A stretch of DNA of 43,441 nucleotides from a virus (lineage: Duplodnaviria > Caudoviricetes): positions 1 through 43,441 of the IMG/VR virus record IMGVR_UViG_3300047507_000013; one strand, 5' to 3'. The notes under the pieces are model-generated. The model was not told the origin of the DNA, made no database searches, and saw only the letters and a program-made list of their open reading frames with translations. Both the position numbers and the translations under genes were made by a program. Positions within the stretch are counted from its first letter, which is position 1, and every line of letters starts with the position of its first letter. Positions 32,571 through 40,658 of this stretch are shown in pieces.

Positions 32571-33033
32571 ATTCCAAAATCCTTATAAGATGCGAAATGA
32601 AATTATCTTCAGAGAGCTTTCCTTTCATCTGGTTACAAACAAAACAACATGGAACCACGTTTTCTTTTATATATCCTCCTGTATTATCGATTCGATCGAG
32701 ACCATTCCTTTGAAAAATTGCTGATTGGCCACAATAAAAACAATCTTTTTTTATAAGTTCGTTAAATAATTCCTGAGAAATATCGAAAGCCAAACCTCTC
32801 TTCTTCGCACTTTGAATATATAAAACTCTCATTCTTTTTGATGATTTGCCGTAATATCGTCTTGCGCTTTTTTTACCATTCTCGCTGGTTGCCCATCTTA
32901 GTTTCCAGAAATTTATCTTATCTCTATTTTTTTGTCTCCATATTTTTTTCAGTTTTCTTAAATGATCCTTTTTCAAGGTCCTATATTTAATATCATAGAT
33001 TCGCTTTTTTTCGTGGCTCTCTTTGAGGCTCAT
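32551..33033 (-). CDS. HNH endonuclease (AT-rich)
   Basis: CFYCG...GLDRIDNTGGYIKENVVPCCFVCNQMKG. GC content is visibly lower than in the flanks. Confidence 0.85.
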   Translation of the reverse strand: MSLKESHEKKRIYDIKYRTLKKDHLRKLKKIWRQKNRDKINFWKLRWATSENGKKSARRYYGKSSKRMRVLYIQSAKKRGLAFDISQELFNELIKKDCFYCGQSAIFQRNGLDRIDNTGGYIKENVVPCCFVCNQMKGKLSEDNFISHLIRILEYALKEI

Positions 33034-33239
33034 CTTATTTCTTCTAGGAAGGCTTGAATATCGGCGAGACAATGCCGGTTCCAGACGCTTTCGCCACAGG
33101 GAAAAAATGCGTACTGGCGCCAGCGACCAAACCATTTAATCTCCCCGAGCTTCATGCCGCTCGCTTTGGCCAGGATGCTGTAGACATCGGTCCGCCGCAG
33201 CGTGGCGATCTTTAAAAATTCCAGGTATTTACTTTCCAT
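33030..33239 (-). CDS. Phage hypothetical protein
   Basis: LGEIKWFGRWRQYAFFP...CLADIQAFL motif. AGGAGG RBS. Confidence 0.75.
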   Translation of the reverse strand: MESKYLEFLKIATLRRTDVYSILAKASGMKLGEIKWFGRWRQYAFFPCGESVWNRHCLADIQAFLEEIR

Positions 33240-33255
33240 CCTTGCCTCCTGAGCG

Positions 33256-33545
33256 ATTTAAATAATGCGGCTCCCGAGTCGTCCCCGCCCGGGACCGGTG
33301 GGGCTCACTTGGTCCCGGTGCTCGGGAGCCGGATTAAATAACCGGGGCGCCCCCAGCCAGGCGTCACCCCGGGCTTCTCGATGGCTGGCTCGACCCGCAT
33401 TGAATAGGACCGGCTACCGCAATTTCCGCGCCTGCCGGGCCGGCCGGTTTAGCTCCCGGCTCTGGCACCATGCGGGATTTGGTTTTCTGGAGACTGCTGG
33501 GTCTTTCCGTCTTAACGCGTCCCAGCGCCTTTTCCGAGAATGCCT
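33256..33545 (-). ncRNA. Candidate structured intergenic RNA (four stem domains, two possible pseudoknots)
   Basis: Pairings 33268-78/33321-31, 33289-96/33311-18, 33342-47/33367-72, 33394-400/33470-76, 33434-39/33455-60 and 33496-501/33521-26. Confidence 0.55.
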
Positions 33546-33553
33546 TTCGTCTG

Positions 33554-33925
33554 CTAAAAGGCTTTATAAAGCCCGTTAGCCGCCAGTGCCGTCAAGGCTC
33601 CGTAGATCAGGAATGTGATAAAAATAAAAGGGTGAACGACGAAGGTGAAATAAGCGGCCGTGGCTGCAAAAGAAAGAATAATTGAAACCACGTAGCCGGA
33701 CCATTTGGGCCTGGTCTCTTCCTTCGGCCAGATCCAGCGTTTGACGAGTTCTGTCAGTCCGGTCAGCGTCAAGCCGCCCAGCGGAATGAAACTGAGCTTG
33801 GCCAGGGCCTCGAGGATCTTCGGGTCGATAGTGATCCCGGTTGTCGTTTGCGCGGCCGCGGCCAAGGGCAGCGCCAGCATGAATAGGAGCGTGAGGAAAG
33901 CGAGGGTCAGAATTTTTCTCTTCAT
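33554..33925 (-). CDS. Holin-like multi-pass membrane protein
   Basis: Signal-like N-terminus plus about 3 TM segments. LTELVK and GALTALAANGLY motifs resemble phage holins. Confidence 0.6.
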   Translation of the reverse strand: MKRKILTLAFLTLLFMLALPLAAAAQTTTGITIDPKILEALAKLSFIPLGGLTLTGLTELVKRWIWPKEETRPKWSGYVVSIILSFAATAAYFTFVVHPFIFITFLIYGALTALAANGLYKAF

Positions 33926-33940
33926 AAAAACCTCCTGTTT

Positions 33941-34159
33941 TTATTTTTTGTCGCCGGCCTTCTTTCCGTCCGGAAGGCTGGCAAGCATCTTCAGCGCTCT
34001 TGTTAGGTTAGTCGCCCGGCGCTCGAGATCTTTGATTTCCTCTTCTTTGTTTCTGATCCCTTTTTTGCAGGCTTCGATTCCTTCGATGATCAATTTCCGC
34101 TCGAGCGTCAGGGCGTTCATGATCTCATCCCGGTCCCCAAATAAATTTTTCTGAACCAT
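33941..34159 (-). CDS. Small coiled-coil hypothetical protein
   Basis: 72 aa with AAGGA RBS. Confidence 0.6.
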   Translation of the reverse strand: MVQKNLFGDRDEIMNALTLERKLIIEGIEACKKGIRNKEEEIKDLERRATNLTRALKMLASLPDGKKAGDKK

Positions 34160-34174
34160 CTTCGATTCCTTCTT

Positions 34175-34564
34175 TTATTTTTCTTTGTGAAAAATCTGTT
34201 GATGATAGGATTCATCCTGACAGATAACTAAATTTGATGGGTAATTTTTGTCTTTCTGGCCATCTATATGATGAACGATTTCTGTTTCCTTTAAATATCT
34301 TCCAAGAGCCTTTTCGGCAATAAGGCGATGTTCTCTAACGTAGCCATCACGATCGGCGTGCGGATGATTTTTAATCCATATCAATATATAACCATCTTTG
34401 TCCGTTCTCCGGCCGCCCCTCCATCTTCCATTTTTATTTCCGCTATTTTTCAGAGAGTGTTTTAAACAACATTCGGCATTCATTTTTTTGCCGAGCTTTG
34501 CCTTTCTCATTTTTTCGATGGATTCCGCTTTATGTTTTTTCCCCAGAAAAGAAGGAGGCAACAT
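34175..34564 (-). CDS. NUMOD3-HNH homing endonuclease
   Basis: FLGKKHKAESIEKMR (NUMOD3), then YVREHRLIAE...VHHIDGQKDKN..SNLVIC. AT-rich. Confidence 0.88.
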   Translation of the reverse strand: MLPPSFLGKKHKAESIEKMRKAKLGKKMNAECCLKHSLKNSGNKNGRWRGGRRTDKDGYILIWIKNHPHADRDGYVREHRLIAEKALGRYLKETEIVHHIDGQKDKNYPSNLVICQDESYHQQIFHKEK

Positions 34565-34568
34565 TAAA

Positions 34569-35141
34569 TCAATCCTGAATTCCGGGCCGTGCCATAGCCA
34601 TCTCTAGAGTAATGGGAATTATTAAAACTTCGGCCAGACCGGCTTCTTTCATGTCCAATCGACGGGCGATCCCTTCCGAGACATCAATAATTCTTCCTGG
34701 GATAAAAGGCCCGCGATCATTTATTGAAGCCATGGCTCGCCGCCCGTTGTCCAAATTGATGATCAGGACTTTGGTCCCAAAAGGAAGCCAGGGGTGGGCT
34801 GCCGTGGCCGCCTCTGAATCGTAAAGCTCGCCCGAGGCCGTCATCAGGCCATAAAATCCCGGGCCATACCACGAGGAATTCCCGCTCTGGGGTGGTCCAA
34901 AAAGGACCCGGAGGCTCTTCTCCAAATTGTCGACTTTCTGGACCAGGGCCTCATTCTGTCGCGTCAGGATCCCGATCCCGGTGGTGTTCTCTTCCGCCTG
35001 GCTGCGGATCTCCCGCAGATCCTCGAATTCGCGCCAGGTCGAAAGGCCGCCCCAAGCCGCGATCAAAATGATGATGATCAAAATCATCCAATGAAAATTC
35101 CGCGGCAGGAGTTCATAAACGATCGAATTTTTCTTTTTCAT
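34569..35141 (-). CDS. rlpA: RlpA-family lytic transglycosylase (DPBB) with N-terminal TM and coiled coil
   Basis: SWYGPGFYGLMTASGELYD...TAAHPWLPFGTKV...INDRGPF...RIIDVS. Start trimmed to the ATG at 35141 (GGAGAGG RBS). Confidence 0.9.
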   Translation of the reverse strand: MKKKNSIVYELLPRNFHWMILIIIILIAAWGGLSTWREFEDLREIRSQAEENTTGIGILTRQNEALVQKVDNLEKSLRVLFGPPQSGNSSWYGPGFYGLMTASGELYDSEAATAAHPWLPFGTKVLIINLDNGRRAMASINDRGPFIPGRIIDVSEGIARRLDMKEAGLAEVLIIPITLEMAMARPGIQD

Positions 35142-35154
35142 GTCCTCTCCTTTT

Positions 35155-36336
35155 TTAATGGATCGTTTCGTCGTAAGCCACCCGGAGCGCTTTCCGCTCT
35201 TCGCGTCCGAGCTCCACAGCGCCCAGGAGGTCCGGCCGTTGCTGGCCCGGGCCGTGCTGTTGAAAGCCGCTTGCAGATAAAAATTCCCAGCCGCGGCCGT
35301 GGGCCAGGTACCAGCTCTCGACGTCATGACCCTGGGCCGCCGTCGATCGTTGGCCGGGTCCCGTTGGCATCCATGGCCAGAAAAGCCCTTCCGCTTTCTT
35401 CTCTCCGTCTTCGCCGTCGTTCGATCCTGTGAGCCCGTATTCCATGAGCTTGAGCGTGCCGGGGCTTGTCGACCAGCCGCGGGGCCAGGGCGCATTGACC
35501 GTGTCCATCGATCCGACGCCGTGAAGGCTGGCCAGGCCCTTGCCTTCGAGGGCATTGACGAGAAGATCCGCGAAAGCTCCGCTGTCTTCAAAATAAATCA
35601 AAATATTCTCGTTCGGGATCCCGTGGGCCTTGAGCTGATTTATAAGTTTGGTGCTGAGGCCCGTATTCCCGTTTTCGTTGGCCGTCTCAAAAACGACGAA
35701 AGGAAGAAATGGCTTTGCCGAGTCGATGATCCAATCGATGTCGGCATCCGGGGCCGGGCCGCCGGCGCCATAAGGCTCGAGCGAAATGATAGATGTGATT
35801 TTGCGTTCGGCCATGAGCCGGATCCTGGATTGAAGGACGTCCCTGTATTCCGGGTCGACCGGCTTCCAAGATTCCCAAACTCCGGGGATCTCATCATAAA
35901 AATGCGAAAAGCCGCGGGTCATGGGGATCCCGTCCTCTGCCAGCGCATTGGCATAGGTCGTGCATCTCTCTTTCGTGAATTCGCCGTCCAGGTCCTTGCT
36001 GCAAAAGAATCCGAGCAAGGCGCCGTCCCAAGGAATGAATGCGTGCTTGTTCGGCCAGGGGATATCGCATTGCGGAATCGGCGGCTCGGGTTTTGTATGC
36101 TTGATGCAGATCTCCGTCGGCCTCTGCTCATCCTTATCGATGTATTGGGCTGGGTGCGTGGCCGGACAAAATTCGTTTGCGATCCTGGCTTCGGCCGCCG
36201 GCATATCCGGGAAGTCATTACAAACCGTGATCCAGATCTTCGGCGTCGGCGGCTTCGGCGGACAGGCCGGCGCCATGAAGATCAGGGCCATGATCAAAAG
36301 GATGAGCGCTTTTCTTTTTCCGAAGTTATAAAGCAT
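35155..36336 (-). CDS. Lipoprotein with Cys/His knuckle and clan GH-A-like TIM-barrel domain
   Basis: Signal peptide with lipobox-like MAPAC. C..CP..PTEIC.H motif. VVFETANE resembles the GH-A acid/base NE motif. Confidence 0.6.
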   Translation of the reverse strand: MLYNFGKRKALILLIMALIFMAPACPPKPPTPKIWITVCNDFPDMPAAEARIANEFCPATHPAQYIDKDEQRPTEICIKHTKPEPPIPQCDIPWPNKHAFIPWDGALLGFFCSKDLDGEFTKERCTTYANALAEDGIPMTRGFSHFYDEIPGVWESWKPVDPEYRDVLQSRIRLMAERKITSIISLEPYGAGGPAPDADIDWIIDSAKPFLPFVVFETANENGNTGLSTKLINQLKAHGIPNENILIYFEDSGAFADLLVNALEGKGLASLHGVGSMDTVNAPWPRGWSTSPGTLKLMEYGLTGSNDGEDGEKKAEGLFWPWMPTGPGQRSTAAQGHDVESWYLAHGRGWEFLSASGFQQHGPGQQRPDLLGAVELGREERKALRVAYDETIH

Positions 36337-36502
36337 GTTTTTGGGCCTCCTCCAAAATTCCTTTTATCTCTTTCATCACCTCGAATTCTTCTGGGAAATT
36401 ATAATTCGTCAGGCCGGCCTTCGTCCGGACCGCGATCGTCTCCTCCAATTCCTCGATCTCCCGGATGATCCATTTTATCGCTTTTGCATAATCTCTAGCC
36501 AT
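36326..36502 (-). CDS. Small hypothetical protein (58 aa, below the ORF-track cutoff)
   Basis: Manually translated MARDYAKAIKWIIREIEELEE...QKHAL. AGGAGGAG RBS. It exactly bridges the two neighbours. Confidence 0.65.
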   Translation of the reverse strand: MARDYAKAIKWIIREIEELEETIAVRTKAGLTNYNFPEEFEVMKEIKGILEEAQKHAL

Positions 36503-36758
36503 TAATTTTCTCCTCCTTTTCTTTGCATGGTTCCCCTTCCGCTATTTTTCCATGGATGTTTCCCTTCACGTTTTTGGCCCAGAAAGAAATCGTCACCAGC
36601 GGGTATGGTCCGCCTGTCTGCATCCGGCTCTCGATTTTGGCCCCGCAGATTCCCTCGATTTTCTTCCCGTCAATTTTTATAAAAAATTCGGGTTCGATCC
36701 CAATCTTGGAAGGAAAATTGATCTCGACAAAATGGAGCCTGTCGCTAAATTCGCCCAT
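36495..36758 (-). CDS. Hypothetical protein
   Basis: 87 aa, beta-rich, with GAGGAGG RBS. Confidence 0.65.
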   Translation of the reverse strand: MGEFSDRLHFVEINFPSKIGIEPEFFIKIDGKKIEGICGAKIESRMQTGGPYPLVTISFWAKNVKGNIHGKIAEGEPCKEKEEKING

Positions 36759-37203
36759 TCTCGACCTCCTCGATCTCTCCGTTCCTATAAATGGCTTTTA
36801 TTTTTTTGATCGGCCCTCTGCAAATGCGCGGCCTGGATCTAAATCGACTTTTCAAAATCTCGATTTCGGTCCTGGGATTCTTTCCATCCAGGTCCTGGCC
36901 GACCGTTAAATCTATCCAGCGGGGAGAATCGTCTTTGATCAAATTCATTTTTTTTATCGCATCGACTAGGACCGTCGCTCCGGAATAAAGCCGGTCTTTG
37001 TCCAGGAGCCGGCGCCGGAAAGACCAGATCCGGAGTTTCATTTTTTGGCCCGGCGGCTTTTCGGGCTTCTGTTTGCCTGTGTCGTTCAAGGCCGCGGCAA
37101 TCCACCATTCATAAGTCTCGATCATCTTTTTCCTGTCTCTATAATGGGTCCGCAGAATAACATTCCCGGAATGGATCGGCTCCTCGATCGTCAATTTTAT
37201 CAT
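36745..37203 (-). CDS. rusA: RusA-like Holliday junction resolvase
   Basis: SGN...RRRLLDKDRL...LVDAIKKMNLIKDDS...PRTEIEI pattern. Confidence 0.75.
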   Translation of the reverse strand: MIKLTIEEPIHSGNVILRTHYRDRKKMIETYEWWIAAALNDTGKQKPEKPPGQKMKLRIWSFRRRLLDKDRLYSGATVLVDAIKKMNLIKDDSPRWIDLTVGQDLDGKNPRTEIEILKSRFRSRPRICRGPIKKIKAIYRNGEIEEVENGRI

Positions 37204-37421
37204 TTTTTCTTTCCCGGCTTCCGGTCTAAAAATTTTCTCATGCCAGCGAAGAGCGGGGCCGCCGTGGGCATCCGGTATTTCATTCTCCGGTAGTGCCGGA
37301 TCTCAAAAGGACCGAAGTCCCAAGAATCAAAGACCGGTTTCGTCGGCAAATAAACAGAACGGCGAAATCGGAATGTTGAGAATCCCCACCAGTTCAATTG
37401 CCAGCGTCGGGCGATCTTCAT
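37200..37421 (-). CDS. Small hypothetical protein
   Basis: 73 aa, tightly coupled to its neighbours. Confidence 0.55.
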   Translation of the reverse strand: MKIARRWQLNWWGFSTFRFRRSVYLPTKPVFDSWDFGPFEIRHYRRMKYRMPTAAPLFAGMRKFLDRKPGKKK

Positions 37422-37658
37422 TTAATCCTCATCGATTTTCCAGTATTCCCTCGAAAATAAAGATATTTGAAAAAGGCGATCTGATTCGCTCAGGGCCGGC
37501 GATAAGGTCTTAACGAATTGGATCCGGGTCATTTTATATTTTTTCGCCCTCTCAATTTGCTCTTGCGGGATCCCTGGAAATATCATTTTGATTCTATCCA
37601 GGTTGTCCCTCGAGGGATCCGGCTCGCGTTTTTTAAAGTGAGGGGGAATATTGTTCAT
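37422..37658 (-). CDS. Small hypothetical protein after the replication initiator
   Basis: 78 aa overlapping the initiator 3' end. Confidence 0.55.
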   Translation of the reverse strand: MNNIPPHFKKREPDPSRDNLDRIKMIFPGIPQEQIERAKKYKMTRIQFVKTLSPALSESDRLFQISLFSREYWKIDED

Positions 37659-38346
37659 CGAGATATTCCTTCCATCGATTTTTGTTTAAGAATGTCGAAA
37701 GATATAATGGCTGTTGATCGAATCCCTTTTTTAATCTTTGGCTCTTTAAAAATGCTTCGTATCCATCGACCGCCTTTTCTAATTCCTCGATCGTATGTGT
37801 TTTTCGTTCCCGGCGATAATTGATAAATGCCTGGTCCTTGTCTTTCTTTACCGGCCAATCATCCCATAAGTCTTTGAATTCGGAGGCTATTTCTTCGTCA
37901 GATACACCACCCGCATAAGCGGTATTCTTATCTTTTCTCTTCTCTTCTATTCTCTTCTCTTCTATTCTTGTCGGGTTTTTTGTAAACGCGTTTACTGATT
38001 TGCCCTCTTTTTCGGGTTTTTTGTAAACAGCCTTCCTGGTAAATTGATCATAACTGGGTTGATAAAGTCCCCATTTTGTAATCGTCACGATCGTTTCAAT
38101 CAAATTTTTCTCGATCTCAATTCTTCCCGCCTTCAAACATTTATCTAGGGCCGATTTTATGATCTCTTTTGGAATCAATAATTGTTGGGCTAAAGCCTCT
38201 AATGTTGCAAATCGGAATTGGCCCTGTGGTTCCCGCATGGCTGCGAGGCAGACAAAATTAAGCCAGGCCGCTCGTTCGGCCGGTTCGAGATCCTGCTGGC
38301 ACGTAGAATGAAGCCAAATCTGCGGATACCATTTAATCCATTTCAT
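37633..38346 (-). CDS. Phage replication initiator / replisome organiser
   Basis: WIKWY...winged-helix N-terminus, ITKWGLYQ, EEKR linker, and C-terminal F..LW..WPVK.DK..A...LSTFLN..RW.EYL. Confidence 0.8.
   Translation of the reverse strand: MKWIKWYPQIWLHSTCQQDLEPAERAAWLNFVCLAAMREPQGQFRFATLEALAQQLLIPKEIIKSALDKCLKAGRIEIEKNLIETIVTITKWGLYQPSYDQFTRKAVYKKPEKEGKSVNAFTKNPTRIEEKRIEEKRKDKNTAYAGGVSDEEIASEFKDLWDDWPVKKDKDQAFINYRRERKTHTIEELEKAVDGYEAFLKSQRLKKGFDQQPLYLSTFLNKNRWKEYLDEQYSPSL
37931..38028. promoter_or_regulatory. Putative replication origin inside the initiator gene
   Basis: Two identical 17-bp repeats TCGGGTTTTTTGTAAAC (37971-87 and 38012-28), the palindrome GTAAACGCGTTTAC (37982-95), and an adjacent pyrimidine-rich tract (37931-69). 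Confidence 0.65.
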
Positions 38347-38557
38347 TGGGGAATTCCTTGTGATATTCCTTCAGCCAAATGTCCAAGGTTTTCTTTGTTA
38401 TAATCCCCGCGTTTTGCGTTCGAGAAAAATAAATTGAAAGCGCTTCCATCGTCAAAAGGGAAAGTGATTTCCCTAAAAGATCGGCCATTCTTTTCGTCCT
38501 GAAATATGGCCAGGGCAAAATCCTGACCGACAATACTTTTGTTCTTGATCTTTTCAA
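38333..38557 (-). CDS. Ribbon-helix-helix DNA-binding protein
   Basis: KVLSVRI...TKRMADLLGKSLSLLTMEAL. TTG start at 38557 after AGGAG. Confidence 0.6.
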   Translation of the reverse strand: MKRSRTKVLSVRILPWPYFRTKRMADLLGKSLSLLTMEALSIYFSRTQNAGIITKKTLDIWLKEYHKEFPNEMD

Positions 38558-38578
38558 TTTGGTTTTCTCCTTTTGCCT

Positions 38579-38607
38579 ATTTTGTAAACTCTGCGCTCGT
38601 TTGTCAA
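38579..38607 (-). promoter_or_regulatory. Possible promoter of the replication operon
   Basis: cgcTTGACA, 17 bp spacer, CAAAAT. Preceded by hairpin/U-tract terminator-like structures at about 38611-38700. Confidence 0.45.
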
Positions 38608-38707
38608 GCGAAAAAAGGCGCCGGGGTGGGAGCGTTCTTTCAAGGAGATGAATCATGAAAAAGAAAGGAGGGCCGCTCCTGCCTTGGCCTCCCGACGCCT
38701 TCGTTCT

Positions 38708-40372
38708 TCATTCTGTTTTCTTGTCCGCCAGGATCTCCGCCGGGACCCGGCCCACGAGCTGGGCTCCGGATTTGAGAATCAAATCGATGAGCTCGCCCTT
38801 CTTGAGCTTGCTGTGATCTCGGCGGTTGAGTTTCTTGTGCCAATAACTATTCGTGGCCGGCTGGCTGAAAATCTTGGTCTTCTTTCCAAAGACCAGGATC
38901 TCGGCCTTGGTTTTCTTCTGGAGATATTCCTTGTCGACCGCGTATTCCTTGGCCAGACTGATCCCCAGGAATTCCGCCAGCAACCGGCGATTCGTGGATC
39001 CGAAGCCTCCCCATTCCCCGACGTTCTGGCCATCCGTAAAGGCCGCCTCTATGGCCTTCGGGAAAATCGGCTTGATCTTTGCATAGGGAAGCCCCAGAAG
39101 CTGGCGCAGCGTCCTGTCCCTTACGCCATAATGATCGGGCCTTAATCCCAGGGCCTTCTGCAGGGCCTCCATGGCCGGTTGGCTGGCATGGGCCAGGCAC
39201 ATGAAAAGGAGCGTCTTCGTTTTTTCGTCATCGAGCTTCAGCGCCGCCAGCGCCGCGGGGACCCGCTTCCGGAAGAAAACATTCCGGAAATATTCGCCAT
39301 GCCAGCCGACCCGGGCGCCGCCTTTCTCTATGCCCTTGGCTTTCTGGTCCCTGGCCTTCACCCGGCCCTCGATCTCGAGTTTCTGGTAACAGGCCGGATC
39401 CAAGCAGGCTCGCTCGGTTTCGGCCTTTCCGTCAAAAGTCAGGATGGAGACGAAATTCGGGCAGGCGAAGCATTTTTTCCCGGGTTTCGGCGTCGACCAG
39501 TTATAAAAATTCTGGTAGCTGGAATGCTTGATCTGGTCTGAAAAACGGAAACCGGTTGTCCCGTATTGCGCATGATACTTGGTTCGTTTCCAATTCTCTC
39601 CCAACCATCGGGCCTGGTTCTCCATGAAGCATTTCGGGTTGAGACAGGAATGGGCGCCGCCGTCGAAATCAAAAAGATTTTTCTGGACCTGAGTGTTGTT
39701 TCCGCAGGCCGCGCAGCCGGTGATGTCGAAAAAGGCGGTTTTGAATCTGGGCGCCATTTCATCGATGGCGGTCCGGAGCTGGGAGACCGTTTCGAAGCGC
39801 CGGTAATCATGGGTCAGGACCCGGCCGGCAAATTCGGCCAGGATCTCCTTCTCCCGGATCCGGAGGAGCTGCTCGAGCATGCCATAAGCGAGCCGGCCCT
39901 TGTCCCAGGCTTCCAGGATCTTGGCCGGGAGGTCCAGGACCGCGACCCGCCGACGGATGTATTGTGGCCGGATCCCGGTCCGCTCGCCGAGCAGGACGGC
40001 GCCGGCTTCGCTGTGTTTGGCCAGGTAGGCTTTGAAACTCTCGGCCTCTTCTCGCTCCGTCAGGTCTTCGCGCTGCAGGTTTTCGATGATCATGAAATCA
40101 AAAGCCTCCCCATCGGAGAGGGGCCGGATGATGGCCGGGATCATCTTCAGGCCGGCTTCCCGAGCTGCCCTGTGGCGCCGTTCGCCGGCCACGATCTCAT
40201 AGGCGGTCTTCTTGCCCTTAACCGGCCGGATGATGATCGGCTCGATGACGCCTTTTTCCTTGATCGATTCCTTTAGCTCTTTCATTTTCGCTCCGCCGAA
40301 ATCCCGCCGCGGGTTTTGGGGATTCGGCCCAATGTTTCCGATCGGGATCTCCTCAAAAATTATTTTATCCAT
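38708..40372 (-). CDS. parB: ParB/RepB/Spo0J-family protein with long C-terminal extension
   Basis: NPQNPRRDF, GVIEPIIIR, EIVAGERRHRA and IENLQREDL, plus Cys clusters further C-terminal. Confidence 0.9.
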   Translation of the reverse strand: MDKIIFEEIPIGNIGPNPQNPRRDFGGAKMKELKESIKEKGVIEPIIIRPVKGKKTAYEIVAGERRHRAAREAGLKMIPAIIRPLSDGEAFDFMIIENLQREDLTEREEAESFKAYLAKHSEAGAVLLGERTGIRPQYIRRRVAVLDLPAKILEAWDKGRLAYGMLEQLLRIREKEILAEFAGRVLTHDYRRFETVSQLRTAIDEMAPRFKTAFFDITGCAACGNNTQVQKNLFDFDGGAHSCLNPKCFMENQARWLGENWKRTKYHAQYGTTGFRFSDQIKHSSYQNFYNWSTPKPGKKCFACPNFVSILTFDGKAETERACLDPACYQKLEIEGRVKARDQKAKGIEKGGARVGWHGEYFRNVFFRKRVPAALAALKLDDEKTKTLLFMCLAHASQPAMEALQKALGLRPDHYGVRDRTLRQLLGLPYAKIKPIFPKAIEAAFTDGQNVGEWGGFGSTNRRLLAEFLGISLAKEYAVDKEYLQKKTKAEILVFGKKTKIFSQPATNSYWHKKLNRRDHSKLKKGELIDLILKSGAQLVGRVPAEILADKKTE

Positions 40373-40658
40373 CAGTCCTCCTTAAATCCTGCCCAAGGCC
40401 GGCGATGATCTTCGCCGGCCCGGTCCGGATCTTTTCTTTTAATGCCTCGATTTCCTTCTCGAGCGCGGCCCGGATGTTCTCATTGCCGGTCTTGAGATTC
40501 AAGATCCAGATCTCCTGCTTTTGGATATAATCTTCATGGTGCTCGATCGTCTGGGCCTGTTCTTTAATCTTTTGCTCTAGCCCTTTGTAGCAAAATTCGC
40601 AGGCCGGCTCCTCGAAAGCCGAGGCACCGATCGGGGAGCCGCATCTTCTGCATTTCAT
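40365..40658 (-). CDS. Zn-finger plus coiled-coil protein
   Basis: MKCRRCG...CEFC followed by a coiled coil. AGGAGG RBS and ATGA overlap. Confidence 0.7.
   Translation of the reverse strand: MKCRRCGSPIGASAFEEPACEFCYKGLEQKIKEQAQTIEHHEDYIQKQEIWILNLKTGNENIRAALEKEIEALKEKIRTGPAKIIAGLGQDLRRTDG

Noticed and set aside
35142-35591. N-terminal extension of the RlpA ORF (similar extensions at 27946-28077, 18592-18705 and 14276-14524)
   Set aside because: These overlap upstream genes in another frame. Internal ATGs with RBS or stop-start coupling give better starts.
35299-36468. 389-aa plus-strand ORF
   Set aside because: Antisense shadow of the lipoprotein gene, with no recognisable motifs or RBS. 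Such shadows are expected in GC-rich DNA.
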